From a virus, in the IMG/VR virus record IMGVR_UViG_3300034069_000811, positions 1-44,926 of that record: a stretch of DNA of 44,926 bases. The stretch is one strand, 5' to 3'. Made by a program: the position numbers and the translations under genes. Below the pieces are notes generated by a model. It did no database searches. It saw only the letters and a list, made by a program, of their open reading frames with translations, and had not been told where the DNA came from. Below, piece after piece: positions 25,066 through 34,471 of the stretch (position 1 is its first letter; each line of letters begins with the position of its first letter).

Positions 25066-25092
25066 AACCATCACTGAAACGGGAGTTCGGCC

Positions 25093-25695
25093 ATGGCTGA
25101 AGTAGATCTTAGCACGAAAGCGTGCGGCAAGTGCAAAGTGGTTAAAGCGTTTTCTGAGTTCAACAAAAACAAGAATAGGCCCGATGGGCTAGCTTGGGAT
25201 TGCAGAGCATGTAATAAAGATAGGTGCAAAAAGCATTTTATAGCGGCACCGGAAAAGTATAATGCGGCTAGCAAAGCCGATTACGAAAAGAATAAAGAAA
25301 AATACCTAGCGCAAGCTAAGCAATGGGCGGCCAAGAATAAAGAAAAACGTAGAGAAGTGACGCGGGCTTACGTTAAGCGCAATCCGGAAAAGCGATACGA
25401 GACACAGAAAAACAATAGGATTTCTAACCCCGGATACTATCGAGCACATTTCAAGAAGCGCCAGCAGCTAAAGCGGAAAGCGATGCCGCCCTGGGCGAAT
25501 GAAGCGGCGATTAGGGCGATCTACGAAGAGTGCTCTCGGATAAGTAAAGAAACCGGAGTGAAGCACCACGTAGATCATTTCTACCCGCTTCAAAACGAAC
25601 TGGTGTGTGGTTTGCATTGCGAATACAATTTACGCATTATCACCGCCTTCGATAATTTATCGAAGGGCAACAGTTTTCCATCGGAGGAATTATGA
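25093..25695 (+). CDS. Free-standing HNH homing-type endonuclease (low-GC insertion)
   Basis: 200 aa. N-terminal CGKC...CRAC zinc motif, a Lys-rich middle, and a C-terminal HHVDHFYPL...GLH...NL...N..K.N HNH core. Composition is markedly AT-richer. Confidence 0.8.
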   Translation: MAEVDLSTKACGKCKVVKAFSEFNKNKNRPDGLAWDCRACNKDRCKKHFIAAPEKYNAASKADYEKNKEKYLAQAKQWAAKNKEKRREVTRAYVKRNPEKRYETQKNNRISNPGYYRAHFKKRQQLKRKAMPPWANEAAIRAIYEECSRISKETGVKHHVDHFYPLQNELVCGLHCEYNLRIITAFDNLSKGNSFPSEEL

Positions 25696-25982
25696 CCAAG
25701 ATCAATGTGAAGGCGCTCCAGACCTTCTCGCACGGCAACGTCGACGCCAAAGAGGGCGGCACCTACGCCTTCAACAAGGGCGACGCCCTGGAACTGGAAA
25801 AGGCTGGCTTCGTGTCCATGGGCGGCGGCGATGCCGAGCAGACCCAGGTGGACCAGCCGGGGCAGAAGAAAAACCCGGGCGACGTGGTGGTCGACGACCA
25901 CGACGACATGCTGGGCGAAAGCAAGATGGCCGAGACGGCCGACAACAAGATGGAACGCCCCACCAGCAACAAGCGGAAGTAA
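25692..25982 (+). CDS. Hypothetical acidic protein (96 aa)
   Basis: ORF from the track with an ATGA overlap with the HNH gene. Confidence 0.7.
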   Translation: MTKINVKALQTFSHGNVDAKEGGTYAFNKGDALELEKAGFVSMGGGDAEQTQVDQPGQKKNPGDVVVDDHDDMLGESKMAETADNKMERPTSNKRK

Positions 25983-25985
25983 GCC

Positions 25986-28568
25986 ATGGCCGCTAAATCC
26001 CTCCCACAGATCAAAATTCAAAATGTTGGCGGCGTGCAGACCAACGTGCCGTTCACCCTCGGCCATGCGTTCGCCCCCGGCGACCTGGCACCGACGGACG
26101 GTTTGACAGGCGGCGCGCTGCCGCTGCAGGTTGACGTCAAGGCGACGCACGCCGACGGCTCGGTGCGGCACGCGATCCTGTCCGGTGTGCTGCCGAAGTT
26201 GGCGGCCGGCGAGACGATTGCGTTGCAGCTGGCGAAGGCGGTGCGAGATACCGGTCCCGCCGTGAAATTCGTTGAGCTGAGCGAATTTCCACTGGCAGCA
26301 GTGTCCGTTACCGTTGACGGGATTTCGTACCAGGCAAAGACCACGGACGCCGGCACAATCGCACCCTGGCTCAGTGGCAATATCGTCGGCGAATGGTTTG
26401 CGCCGGTTCCACTTAAGAATGCAGATGGCCAAGAGCACCCGCTGCTGACGAGTCGTTTCGGTGTGCGGTACTTCCCCGACGCCGAGGCCGCGCGGGTCGA
26501 ATTCGTCATCGAGAACACCAACACCTTTGGCCAGCCGGCGCAGGCTTTTACCTACGATGTCGAGCTGCAGGTCGCCGGTAAAGCCGTGTATTCGCAGAAA
26601 GCATTGCGCCACTTCCATCACTCGCGATGGCACCAGTACTTCTGGACTGGCACGACTTCGCAGATCTACATCCAGCACGACACCGCATACCTGATCGCGA
26701 CCAAGGCCGTCGCGAACTATGACCAAAGCACGCCACCGGCCGAAAAGGTGCTGGCCGCCATGGTCGGCTCGATTGGCGCCGGCAACACCGGTCCAATGTC
26801 GATCGGTACGGTGAATCCGAATATGGCCATGGCCGGCGGCCGCGGTGACATCGGCCCGCTGCCGGACTGGGCTGTCAACTACCTGCTGTCGATGGACAAG
26901 CGTGCCTACGATGTCATGATGGCCAACGCAGACGCGTCCGGGTCGCTGTCGATGCACTACCGTGACGAAACCACCGGTTACCCGGTCCGCACGGACAATG
27001 ACAAGAACGCGCGGATCTCCCTCCACCAGAACATGGCCAGCACCGGCCCGCTGCCGGTCCCGCGCTTCGCCACGGACGCTGACGGCGGTTCGCCCTACAA
27101 CGTAGACTTGGGCCACATGCCATCCTTGGCCTTTCTGCCGTACCTGCAGACCGGCGACTACTACTATCTCGAAGAAATGCAGTTCCTTTCGGCCTTCTAC
27201 CCGATCGGCACCGACCCGGGCTACAACGGCAATGGCAAGGGTCTTCTGCGCTGGCATCAGGTACGTGGCCAGGCGTGGGGTCTGCGCAGCCTGGGCGAAG
27301 CCGCCGCATTTACGCCCGACGCCCATCCGCTTAAGACCTACTTTGCCCAGCAGCTGGACAACAACCTGTCGTTCTACGCCCAGACCTACGTGGCCGGTAA
27401 CCCGAACAACCTAGGCATGTACGACGGCTCGGGCGAGGGATCGGCAACCATCACCGGCTGCGCACCATGGCAAGACGACTTCCTGACGTGGTCTTTCAGC
27501 CACCTGGGCGAACTCGGATTCGACAAGGCTCGTCCAATCGCTGAGTGGAAAGCCAAGTTCCCGGTGGGCCGGCTGGTCGGCGAGGGTTTCTGCTACGTCC
27601 TCGCCGCACACTATGCTTTCCCGTTCATCCGGGACGACAGCGGCAAAATCTATGCTTCTTTCAAGGATCTGTACAGCGGCAACTTTTACCGTGACCTGAT
27701 CCCGACGGATGGCTGGGAGCTCAAGCCAGAGCGCAAGCCATCCGGCGTGAACTGGTTTGACCTGCCGTGCGGGAGTCAGGCGCAGGCCGACTTCCTAGGC
27801 GCCATCAACGGCTACGGCTGGGAGCGAGGCCGGATGGTCGGCTATGCGGATTCGGTGATCGGCTACCTGGCCAACATGCAGCCTGCCGCTGCTGCTGCAG
27901 CTGACCTCGGGATTCCTGGTGCAGACAAGGCCTGGGCGTTGTTCGCTGCGCGTAAGGTCCAGCCGGACTACACCCAGAACCCGCAATGGAACATCATCCC
28001 GCGCACTGCCGTGCAGGTAGCCGCGCCGACTGTGACGCCATCCACTCCGGCCCCGATTTCTACGGCACCTGTTCCTGTCGCTTCGACCGCGGCACCGCTG
28101 AAGATCGGTGCACAGCCGAAGCAGGCCGGCACCTGGAAAAAGGTCGGCGCAGAGAATGAAAAGGTCAGCCTGCCGATTGATTCGCAAGTACGTTACGGGG
28201 CCGAGGGAAAAGGATACATCTATGCGACTACCGTGGTTAAAGAGTTCCAGGCGACTAATGCGGTCTTTGGCTCGGATCCGGCCGTCAATGTCGTCAAGCA
28301 GGTTGACCTGTTCACTGCGTCGCAGCCCGCGCGTTTGAAGACCTCGGCCAACACGCTCCTGAAGAAATTAACCGAGCTGGTAGTGAAGGTAGTTGATCCG
28401 AAAACATTGCAGATCGTAAGCAAATTCAGTGGCGTGACTGCCTCGTCTACGGGTATCATTACCGTGTCCGGCCCTGACCTCATGGCGAAGGCAGTTTACG
28501 CTGTGGTGGTAGAGAATGCAGCCGGCAAGGTGCTCGATATCATGTTCCCCGTAACCGCAACCGCATAA
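25986..28568 (+). CDS. Large virion-associated-type protein (860 aa), possible polysaccharide-degrading enzyme; function tentative
   Basis: ORF from the track. The central region is rich in W/Y/D and reads enzyme-like. No family is confidently recognised. Confidence 0.6.
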   Translation: MAAKSLPQIKIQNVGGVQTNVPFTLGHAFAPGDLAPTDGLTGGALPLQVDVKATHADGSVRHAILSGVLPKLAAGETIALQLAKAVRDTGPAVKFVELSEFPLAAVSVTVDGISYQAKTTDAGTIAPWLSGNIVGEWFAPVPLKNADGQEHPLLTSRFGVRYFPDAEAARVEFVIENTNTFGQPAQAFTYDVELQVAGKAVYSQKALRHFHHSRWHQYFWTGTTSQIYIQHDTAYLIATKAVANYDQSTPPAEKVLAAMVGSIGAGNTGPMSIGTVNPNMAMAGGRGDIGPLPDWAVNYLLSMDKRAYDVMMANADASGSLSMHYRDETTGYPVRTDNDKNARISLHQNMASTGPLPVPRFATDADGGSPYNVDLGHMPSLAFLPYLQTGDYYYLEEMQFLSAFYPIGTDPGYNGNGKGLLRWHQVRGQAWGLRSLGEAAAFTPDAHPLKTYFAQQLDNNLSFYAQTYVAGNPNNLGMYDGSGEGSATITGCAPWQDDFLTWSFSHLGELGFDKARPIAEWKAKFPVGRLVGEGFCYVLAAHYAFPFIRDDSGKIYASFKDLYSGNFYRDLIPTDGWELKPERKPSGVNWFDLPCGSQAQADFLGAINGYGWERGRMVGYADSVIGYLANMQPAAAAAADLGIPGADKAWALFAARKVQPDYTQNPQWNIIPRTAVQVAAPTVTPSTPAPISTAPVPVASTAAPLKIGAQPKQAGTWKKVGAENEKVSLPIDSQVRYGAEGKGYIYATTVVKEFQATNAVFGSDPAVNVVKQVDLFTASQPARLKTSANTLLKKLTELVVKVVDPKTLQIVSKFSGVTASSTGIITVSGPDLMAKAVYAVVVENAAGKVLDIMFPVTATA

Positions 28569-28580
28569 GAGAAAACGCAA

Positions 28581-30872
28581 ATGGCCAACGCGAACCGCGT
28601 CAAGGAAACAACCACCGCCACCAGCCTGGCGACGATTGCCCTCGGCGGCGCGGTCGCTAGTTTTCGGACCTTCGCCGCTGGCTTGGCTACTGGAGTAAAA
28701 CGCACAGGGATCAAGGTTCAAGTCGGCCCTGATGCTAACGGCGCGTGGCTGATTGGCGTCTACGACCTCACTACTGACAGCACGCTGACACGCCGGGCCA
28801 TTCTGGATAGTTCAGCGAACGGCGCGGATGTTACACTCGCGGCGGGTTCGAAGGAAGTTTCGAACACGATCTCGGCCGGCCAGGGCGACAAGTGGGACAA
28901 CAGCACATCAACTCGCGTGGTGTATCTCTCGAATTATGTCGACTCCGATACTGATCTGAGTATGTACTCGCCGGTAGCCGGCGTAGATCAACGCGCGAAA
29001 ATTCAAGCAGTGCTCGACCTGCCTGGATCGCTTCGCCTTGTGTGGGATGTAAAAGTCACGCTTGCAAATCGTCCTGACGGCTCGGGCGACACGCTGCGCA
29101 TCCACGGAAACACTGAGATTATCGCGCTCAACGGTTGCGGCGCGCTGCAGGCTGCAGGATCCACTGGCCGTATGTTCCTGAACGCGAATCCTACGGTTAC
29201 GGCTCAGAACTCCCATCAATACATTGTTGACGAAAACATCAAGATCGATGGTGGGATCTGGCACGGCAACGTTAGCGGGCAGACCGGGAAGAACGATGTC
29301 TTCAATTTCTTCGGCGTCCGTAACCTGGTAACGAAAAACTATAAGATCATTCGCGCGTCCGGCATGGCTCACCGGTGCATCAACGTTGACCAGATGGTCA
29401 ACAGCAACTATCTGATCGATTTCGGCGCTGGCAACACTACGCCGAACACGGACGGCATGCACTTCCACGGCCCGCTTTCGGGCCTGCGCGACCACAACGG
29501 GAAAATCTACAATTGCGGTGATGACTCGTTCGCGCTGAACGCGGATGATGCATGGGGCGAGGCCAATTTCACGGGTCCTTATGACAACGTCTACGGTCCG
29601 ATCCAGGACGTGAAAGTGTCTAACCTCACGTTCAATGCGGCCCTGTTTGGCGTGCGGTTGCTGTCCGGTGCATCCCGGCTCACTGATATCACGTTCACTA
29701 ACACGAACGGCGCGACGACCGGCTATGGCTTCTTGATCGACAACTATCTGAATCCACCGCGCCTGGTGCAGGCTGGACCGGGTAACTTCGGGGCGATCAC
29801 CATTGATGGCTGGAACGTCAAGACGACGTACCACACCCCTGGCGATGCTGCAGAGTTCAATATGGCCATGCACATCACAGCTAAGGTCGAGCAGCTGAAC
29901 TTGCTCAACATCTTGAAACGGGACTTCAACAATCAGCTCTATCCAGCTATCCGCATCGGCGCAAAAGCTGATATCGATCAGTTGCGGATTGGTTATATGA
30001 GCCGGAACTATAACGGCGGCACGTATCTTACGGACCAAATCGAGTTCGTGGGGGGTGCGAAAGTAAATCAAGCCATTATCAACTCGAATGCGTACTCGGC
30101 CGCGGTTCTCTCCGGTTCCGTTGTCAGGATCCGATCGGGAGCAAGCGTGAGCCAATTGCTCTTGTCCGGTATCGCTACGAATTTCACCTCGATGTTGCTG
30201 AACGAAGGTTTTGTCGGCGGATTGCACGATACAAGCTTTGTTGACGGTCAAGGAGCAAATTGGGTGACGCAGGCTGGCGCCCCTTGGGCCCAGAGCAGTA
30301 GCTCCACCGATATCAGTTACAACGGCCCTTATCCAGGTATCGTTGCGTACGCGAGAAGGACTCCGCTCGATACGTTTGGGGGCAACGTTCAGCTTTCCAA
30401 TCAGATCTCATTTGGCGGTGGATCGAAACAGTCTGGCTTGCATGCCGCGCTCATTGTTCGCGGAACAAACATCGTCACTTCCAGCTCGACTGCGCGGAAC
30501 TGCTACGGCGTTGATATCCAACTCGATAATGGCGGCAGCTTTAGCTTCTTCAAGTTCGTCAACGGTACGCAAAGTGGGGTCGGAGCGGGGGTGCAAGTAG
30601 GGTTTGAATTGAATACGGCTTATCGATTCAGTTTGACTGCCAAGACGAACGGCAGCGGAGTGACCACGCTCTCCGCGACCGCGCAGCGGGTTTCTGATAG
30701 CTTCTGGCTGCAGCCGAACGGGACGTGGGCGGCAGCGGCAGCAACCGCGCTTACCGCGACCGATTCCTCGTTGCCTGCTGCGGCAAGCGAGTATGGCTAC
30801 TACGCGTACAACGAGGCGAATAACGGCGTGAATATCGGATTTACGCAGCTGTCCATCGTGGCGGCACCGTAA
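28581..30872 (+). CDS. Tailspike/depolymerase-like protein with a right-handed beta-helix (GH28/pectin-lyase-like) core
   Basis: 763 aa. The N-terminus MANANRVKETTTATSLATIALGGA resembles phage fibre anchor domains. NTDGMHFHG and NCGDDSFALN resemble the GH28 NTDG/GDD motifs. Confidence 0.7.
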   Translation: MANANRVKETTTATSLATIALGGAVASFRTFAAGLATGVKRTGIKVQVGPDANGAWLIGVYDLTTDSTLTRRAILDSSANGADVTLAAGSKEVSNTISAGQGDKWDNSTSTRVVYLSNYVDSDTDLSMYSPVAGVDQRAKIQAVLDLPGSLRLVWDVKVTLANRPDGSGDTLRIHGNTEIIALNGCGALQAAGSTGRMFLNANPTVTAQNSHQYIVDENIKIDGGIWHGNVSGQTGKNDVFNFFGVRNLVTKNYKIIRASGMAHRCINVDQMVNSNYLIDFGAGNTTPNTDGMHFHGPLSGLRDHNGKIYNCGDDSFALNADDAWGEANFTGPYDNVYGPIQDVKVSNLTFNAALFGVRLLSGASRLTDITFTNTNGATTGYGFLIDNYLNPPRLVQAGPGNFGAITIDGWNVKTTYHTPGDAAEFNMAMHITAKVEQLNLLNILKRDFNNQLYPAIRIGAKADIDQLRIGYMSRNYNGGTYLTDQIEFVGGAKVNQAIINSNAYSAAVLSGSVVRIRSGASVSQLLLSGIATNFTSMLLNEGFVGGLHDTSFVDGQGANWVTQAGAPWAQSSSSTDISYNGPYPGIVAYARRTPLDTFGGNVQLSNQISFGGGSKQSGLHAALIVRGTNIVTSSSTARNCYGVDIQLDNGGSFSFFKFVNGTQSGVGAGVQVGFELNTAYRFSLTAKTNGSGVTTLSATAQRVSDSFWLQPNGTWAAAAATALTATDSSLPAAASEYGYYAYNEANNGVNIGFTQLSIVAAP

Positions 30873-30874
30873 TC

Positions 30875-31360
30875 ATGTACGGCGTATCTACTTACGGATC
30901 ATCAGCTTACGGCGCTTCGGCGGGGGCGGCTTACGTGCCGCCGGTGCCGACGCCAGACACCACGGCCCCCGCGATGTCAGGAAATCCGGTCGTGTCCGCG
31001 GTGACAGCCACCAGCGCGCACGTAACCTGGCCGGCAGGGACCGACAATGTGGGAGTGGCTGGTTACGAGTTCAGTTGCGATACGGGCACGCCGACCTGGG
31101 TTGATGTCGGCAACGTCCTGAGCGCGGATCCATCCGGCCTTAACCCGTCGACGAGCTATACTGTGCGGGTGCGCGATTATGACGCCGCCGGCAATCGCTC
31201 CGCGGCAACCACTGCGCCGCTCACGACTTCGGCCGCCCCTGTCACGCCACAGCCCGGCACGATCGACGCGACAAAGGTGCCGACCTCGCGCCGCGTGGTG
31301 TTCGAAGGCAGCAAGCGCGTTGTATCTTTTGAAGGCAGCATTCGGAAAGTGAGATTCTAA
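30875..31360 (+). CDS. Fibronectin type III domain protein
   Basis: 161 aa. TATSAHVTWPAGTDNVGVAGYEF ... YTVRVRDYDAAGNRS is a typical FN3 pattern. Confidence 0.75.
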   Translation: MYGVSTYGSSAYGASAGAAYVPPVPTPDTTAPAMSGNPVVSAVTATSAHVTWPAGTDNVGVAGYEFSCDTGTPTWVDVGNVLSADPSGLNPSTSYTVRVRDYDAAGNRSAATTAPLTTSAAPVTPQPGTIDATKVPTSRRVVFEGSKRVVSFEGSIRKVRF

Positions 31361-31680
31361 TGGCGACCAGTACCGAACCAAAACTGAGCAACGGCAAGTG
31401 GACGTTGCAGGTCGATCCGGACGACGAGGTCTACTACGTCTGGGACGTGACCCAGTGGCTGATCGACAACGCCACCACGGCGTCGTCCTTCGAACTGGTG
31501 CCGGTCGGCGTGACGGTCCTGCTCAAAGGATCGCCGCAGGGCGATCGTAGCGGCCTCCTGCCGGCCAAGCTGAAGCTCACTGAGGGCGCCACCGGCGAAC
31601 GGTATTGCACGGCCCGTGTGACCACTGCGGACGGCCAGAAGTTCGACAAGACCATGTACTTCACCGCGGTGCAGAACTGA
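31360..31680 (+). CDS. Hypothetical structural-module protein (106 aa)
   Basis: ORF from the track with a TAATG overlap with the upstream gene. Confidence 0.7.
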   Translation: MATSTEPKLSNGKWTLQVDPDDEVYYVWDVTQWLIDNATTASSFELVPVGVTVLLKGSPQGDRSGLLPAKLKLTEGATGERYCTARVTTADGQKFDKTMYFTAVQN

Positions 31681-32291
31681 TGATCGACGCTACAAAACTG
31701 GTCGCGCGGTCGGCGGAAACAATCACGGTGCAAGACACCGACGAGACGCTTGAGCCGATCACGCTGGACGAAGCGAAGAAGCATCTGCGCGTCGTGACCC
31801 CTGACGAGGACGACTACATCCTGGGCTTGATTACCGCTGCGCGCCAGATGGCCGAGGGCCGGCTGAACCGCACGCTAATGCTGCGTACGCGCCGCCAGGT
31901 GTTCGACCTCGACAGCACGTCCTACGCGCTTCGTAAGCCACCGGTGGTGAGTGTCGACGAGGTGTCGGTGCTGGACTCGTCCAGCGCGACTACGGTGCTC
32001 GATGCGACGGCGTTTCGCGTTCGCCAGTATGGTGAGGACGCGCCGCCAGAGATCGAAGCACTACCGGGGGCGGAGTGGCCCGGTCAGTTGCGCACCGGCA
32101 GCTTGCTTGCCGTCGACTACTTGGCTGGGTACCCGGTCGGAGAGGTGCCGGCCCCGATCATCGCTTGGATGAAGCTGGTGATTGGTGCACTGTACGAGCA
32201 GCGCGAGAGCATGGTCGTCGGGGTCTCGGTGTCGATGATCCCGGAAGAATTTAATAGTTGGCTCCTGCAGCAGTACATGGTGTACGAATGA
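31680..32291 (+). CDS. Head-tail connector (gp6-like / DNA-packaging QLRG-type)
   Basis: The start MIDATKLV overlaps the upstream stop (TGATG). ITLDEAKKHLRVVTPDEDDYILGLITAARQMAEG is the family signature. Confidence 0.8.
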   Translation: MIDATKLVARSAETITVQDTDETLEPITLDEAKKHLRVVTPDEDDYILGLITAARQMAEGRLNRTLMLRTRRQVFDLDSTSYALRKPPVVSVDEVSVLDSSSATTVLDATAFRVRQYGEDAPPEIEALPGAEWPGQLRTGSLLAVDYLAGYPVGEVPAPIIAWMKLVIGALYEQRESMVVGVSVSMIPEEFNSWLLQQYMVYE

Positions 32292-32626
32292 AAAGCGGTG
32301 ATCTCGACCGGCGCATCACCATCCAGCGCCCTGCAACCGTCGAAACGGAGTGGGGACCGCAGGACGGCGGGTGGGAGGATGTGGCAGCACGCCTACCGGC
32401 CCAGGTGCAAGATAATTTGCCCAGCAATTCGGAATCGGTACAGGGCGGGCTGCGACTCGCTAATCGCCCTGGGCGTGTTCGGATTCGCTACATGCGCGGC
32501 TTGTCGTCTGATATGCGGATTATCGTGCACGACGAGGAAGATCGTATTTGCGAGATGAGCAGCGAACCAGCGGAGATCGGTCGCCGTGAGTGGACCGAGT
32601 TCACCATTCAGGACTTTTCGTCATGA
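32288..32626 (+). CDS. Head-tail adaptor / head closure protein (SPP1 gp16-like)
   Basis: The start MKSGDLDRRITIQRP comes from an ATGA overlap. The DLDRRITIQ signature is present. Confidence 0.8.
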   Translation: MKSGDLDRRITIQRPATVETEWGPQDGGWEDVAARLPAQVQDNLPSNSESVQGGLRLANRPGRVRIRYMRGLSSDMRIIVHDEEDRICEMSSEPAEIGRREWTEFTIQDFSS

Positions 32627-33180
32627 GCATTCAAGAAGAGAGCGTCACCGGTGGCCGGCAGCTCGATGAGTTGCTACAGACCTTGCCCGTCAAGATGGAA
32701 AAGAACATCTTGCGTTCGGCCATGCGTGCCGGCGCGGCGGCCGTCCTGCCAGATGTCAAGGCGCGCATCCCGGTCGACCACGGCGACTTGCGCGCCAGCG
32801 CCAGGATCACCACCAGTGCGCGGCGCGGCACCGTGTCGGCCAGTATCAAGGTCGGCAACCGCAAGGTCTACTACGCCAGCATGGTGGAATTCGGCACGCG
32901 ACCGCACGTCATCAAGGCGGATGATCGTGACCGCGGTATCAATCACCGCACGGGCCGGCAAATTTCTATCACCACTGTGAACCGGCACCTTCGCCTCGGC
33001 CTGCGTTTGGTCGGGCCATCGGTGTCTCACCCCGGTTCGCGCGCGCATCCGTTCTTGCGCCCAGCGGCGGACGCCGGCCTTAGTGCGATCGTGCGTGCTT
33101 CGACGGCCAAGATCCGCGAGCGCTTGTCCAAGCAGGGGCTGAACGTGCCGGCACCGCCCACCGGAGACCCGACGGAATGA
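32623..33180 (+). CDS. HK97 gp10-family tail component
   Basis: The start MSIQEES comes from an ATGA overlap. The DHGDLRAS motif and synteny support the call. Confidence 0.75.
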   Translation: MSIQEESVTGGRQLDELLQTLPVKMEKNILRSAMRAGAAAVLPDVKARIPVDHGDLRASARITTSARRGTVSASIKVGNRKVYYASMVEFGTRPHVIKADDRDRGINHRTGRQISITTVNRHLRLGLRLVGPSVSHPGSRAHPFLRPAADAGLSAIVRASTAKIRERLSKQGLNVPAPPTGDPTE

Positions 33181-33602
33181 GCGGCACAGCTATCATCCGC
33201 GCGCTGCTGGTGGCGCACGCGCCACTCACAACCCTGGTGCCGGCGGATCGTATCCGCGCCGGTATCTTGCCGGAAAAAACCGTGCTGCCTGCGGTGAGCG
33301 TGACCAGCATCAGCGAGAACGAACAGGAAACAACCGCGCGCAACTTGCCGGGTAAGATGATCAAGGAGCGGGTCCAGGTGACGGTGCTGACCAAGGATGC
33401 CGGCGACGGAGTTGCATACGTCTCGATGAAGCGCGCGCTCAGGGCCGCCGCGCTCGGCCCCGGAGTCCATACGGGGGTGATTGCTGGCTACCACGTGTGC
33501 AGCGTTCTGCCCTGGGGTGTCGGGCCTGAGATCCCACCCGGTGACGATAAAATTTATGAGCAATCGCGCGATTTTATGGTAACTTTCATCGAAGCAAACT
33601 AG
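33177..33602 (+). CDS. DUF3168-type tail terminator/completion protein
   Basis: 141 aa. IIRALLVAHAPLTTLVPADRIRAGILPE is typical of the family, and synteny agrees. Confidence 0.75.
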   Translation: MSGTAIIRALLVAHAPLTTLVPADRIRAGILPEKTVLPAVSVTSISENEQETTARNLPGKMIKERVQVTVLTKDAGDGVAYVSMKRALRAAALGPGVHTGVIAGYHVCSVLPWGVGPEIPPGDDKIYEQSRDFMVTFIEAN

Positions 33603-33670
33603 AATGGTAGAATGCTTCAGCCCGCCCGTATCGCATTCCGCGCGCGGGCTTTAAATCAGGAGAAAACGAA

Positions 33671-34168
33671 ATGCCATTGCCCTTCGAAGAGATTCAGGAA
33701 ACCTACGCCGGGTCGCGCGTCTTCATCAAGGCCGGCCGGCCGGCCACCAACACCGAGGCCGACTGGGAAACCTTCTTCGGTACCGGTGCGAAAGAGATCA
33801 CCATCACCTCGGTGCCCTCGTTCGGCGGCCGCGAATACTCCGACGCCAGCATCTCGGTCGTGAGCGATGGCCGCAACCGCCGCGCCAAGGGCGAGTTCAA
33901 TTACCCGAATTCCGACTTCCCGGTCCTGTGGCTGCCCGACCAGCCCGGCCAGGTGGAAGCCGTCCTTGCCAGTGAGAGCTATGCGCAATGGAGCCTGGCG
34001 CTCGTCGGTCAGCTGGGCGACGTCCGCTACGCCGCCGGTCAGGTGTCGACGTTCATGGAAACCGGCGGCGGCAACAACGACACACGTGTCGGTACCATGA
34101 CCTTCCTGCGTCAATCGGACGTGGTGTACGCGGCCACGCCGGTCGTGCCGGTCGAGGACGACGAGTAA
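33671..34168 (+). CDS. Major tail (tube) protein, assigned by position
   Basis: 165 aa with a strong AGGAGA SD. It lies between the tail terminator and the chaperone genes. Confidence 0.65.
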   Translation: MPLPFEEIQETYAGSRVFIKAGRPATNTEADWETFFGTGAKEITITSVPSFGGREYSDASISVVSDGRNRRAKGEFNYPNSDFPVLWLPDQPGQVEAVLASESYAQWSLALVGQLGDVRYAAGQVSTFMETGGGNNDTRVGTMTFLRQSDVVYAATPVVPVEDDE

Positions 34169-34250
34169 GTTTCGGCCTTCGGGCCTGTACCTGGCACCTA
34201 CTGCGCGTGTGTCTTCCCTGTGGGAGGGAGCGCACGCGCAGCAAGGGCAA

Positions 34251-34271
34251 TAATTCACTCCCATAGGAAAA
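34251..34271 (+). repeat. 21-nt direct repeat, copy 1 (TAATTCACTCCCATAGGAAAA)
   Basis: 20/21 identical to 34451..34471, exactly 200 bp downstream. Each copy ends 5 nt before an ATG. Confidence 0.85.
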
Positions 34272-34276
34272 TAATC

Positions 34277-34453
34277 ATGGAAAAAGCCGTATTCGCACCG
34301 GGGGGTATCGTAATTATCCGCTGTCAGGACTGGTTGACTAAAGAGCAGCGCGAAAAGCTTCGGGACAGTCTTAAAGAAAACTTTCTCGATGCGACTCAGA
34401 TTGTTGTCTTGGAAGGCGGCCTCTCCGTTGAATTTGTTAGCCGTAAAAACTAA
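34277..34453 (+). CDS. Small low-GC protein, 58 aa (MEKAVFAPGGIVIIRCQDW...), moron-like insertion
   Basis: It uses the internal ATG of track ORF 34220..34453. It is AT-richer and is bracketed by the 21-nt direct repeats. Confidence 0.6.
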   Translation: MEKAVFAPGGIVIIRCQDWLTKEQREKLRDSLKENFLDATQIVVLEGGLSVEFVSRKN

Positions 34454-34471
34454 TCCACTCCCATAGGAAAA
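34451..34471 (+). repeat. 21-nt direct repeat, copy 2 (TAATCCACTCCCATAGGAAAA)
   Basis: See copy 1. This copy precedes the tail chaperone ATG at 34477. Confidence 0.85.

Noticed and set aside
23712-27326. Very long antisense ORFs (23712..25049 -, 445 aa; 25590..27326 -, 578 aa). Similar ones occur elsewhere: 28908..30251 -, 8374..9735 +, 19841..20827 -, 43848..44894 -, 1292..2404 -.
   Set aside because: Each lies opposite a gene with clear family motifs (capsid, large structural proteins, DUF2800, terminase, lysis genes, SNF2). Their translations are Arg/Gly/Ala/Pro-rich low-complexity sequence, typical of stop-poor antisense frames in high-GC DNA. None has a credible SD.
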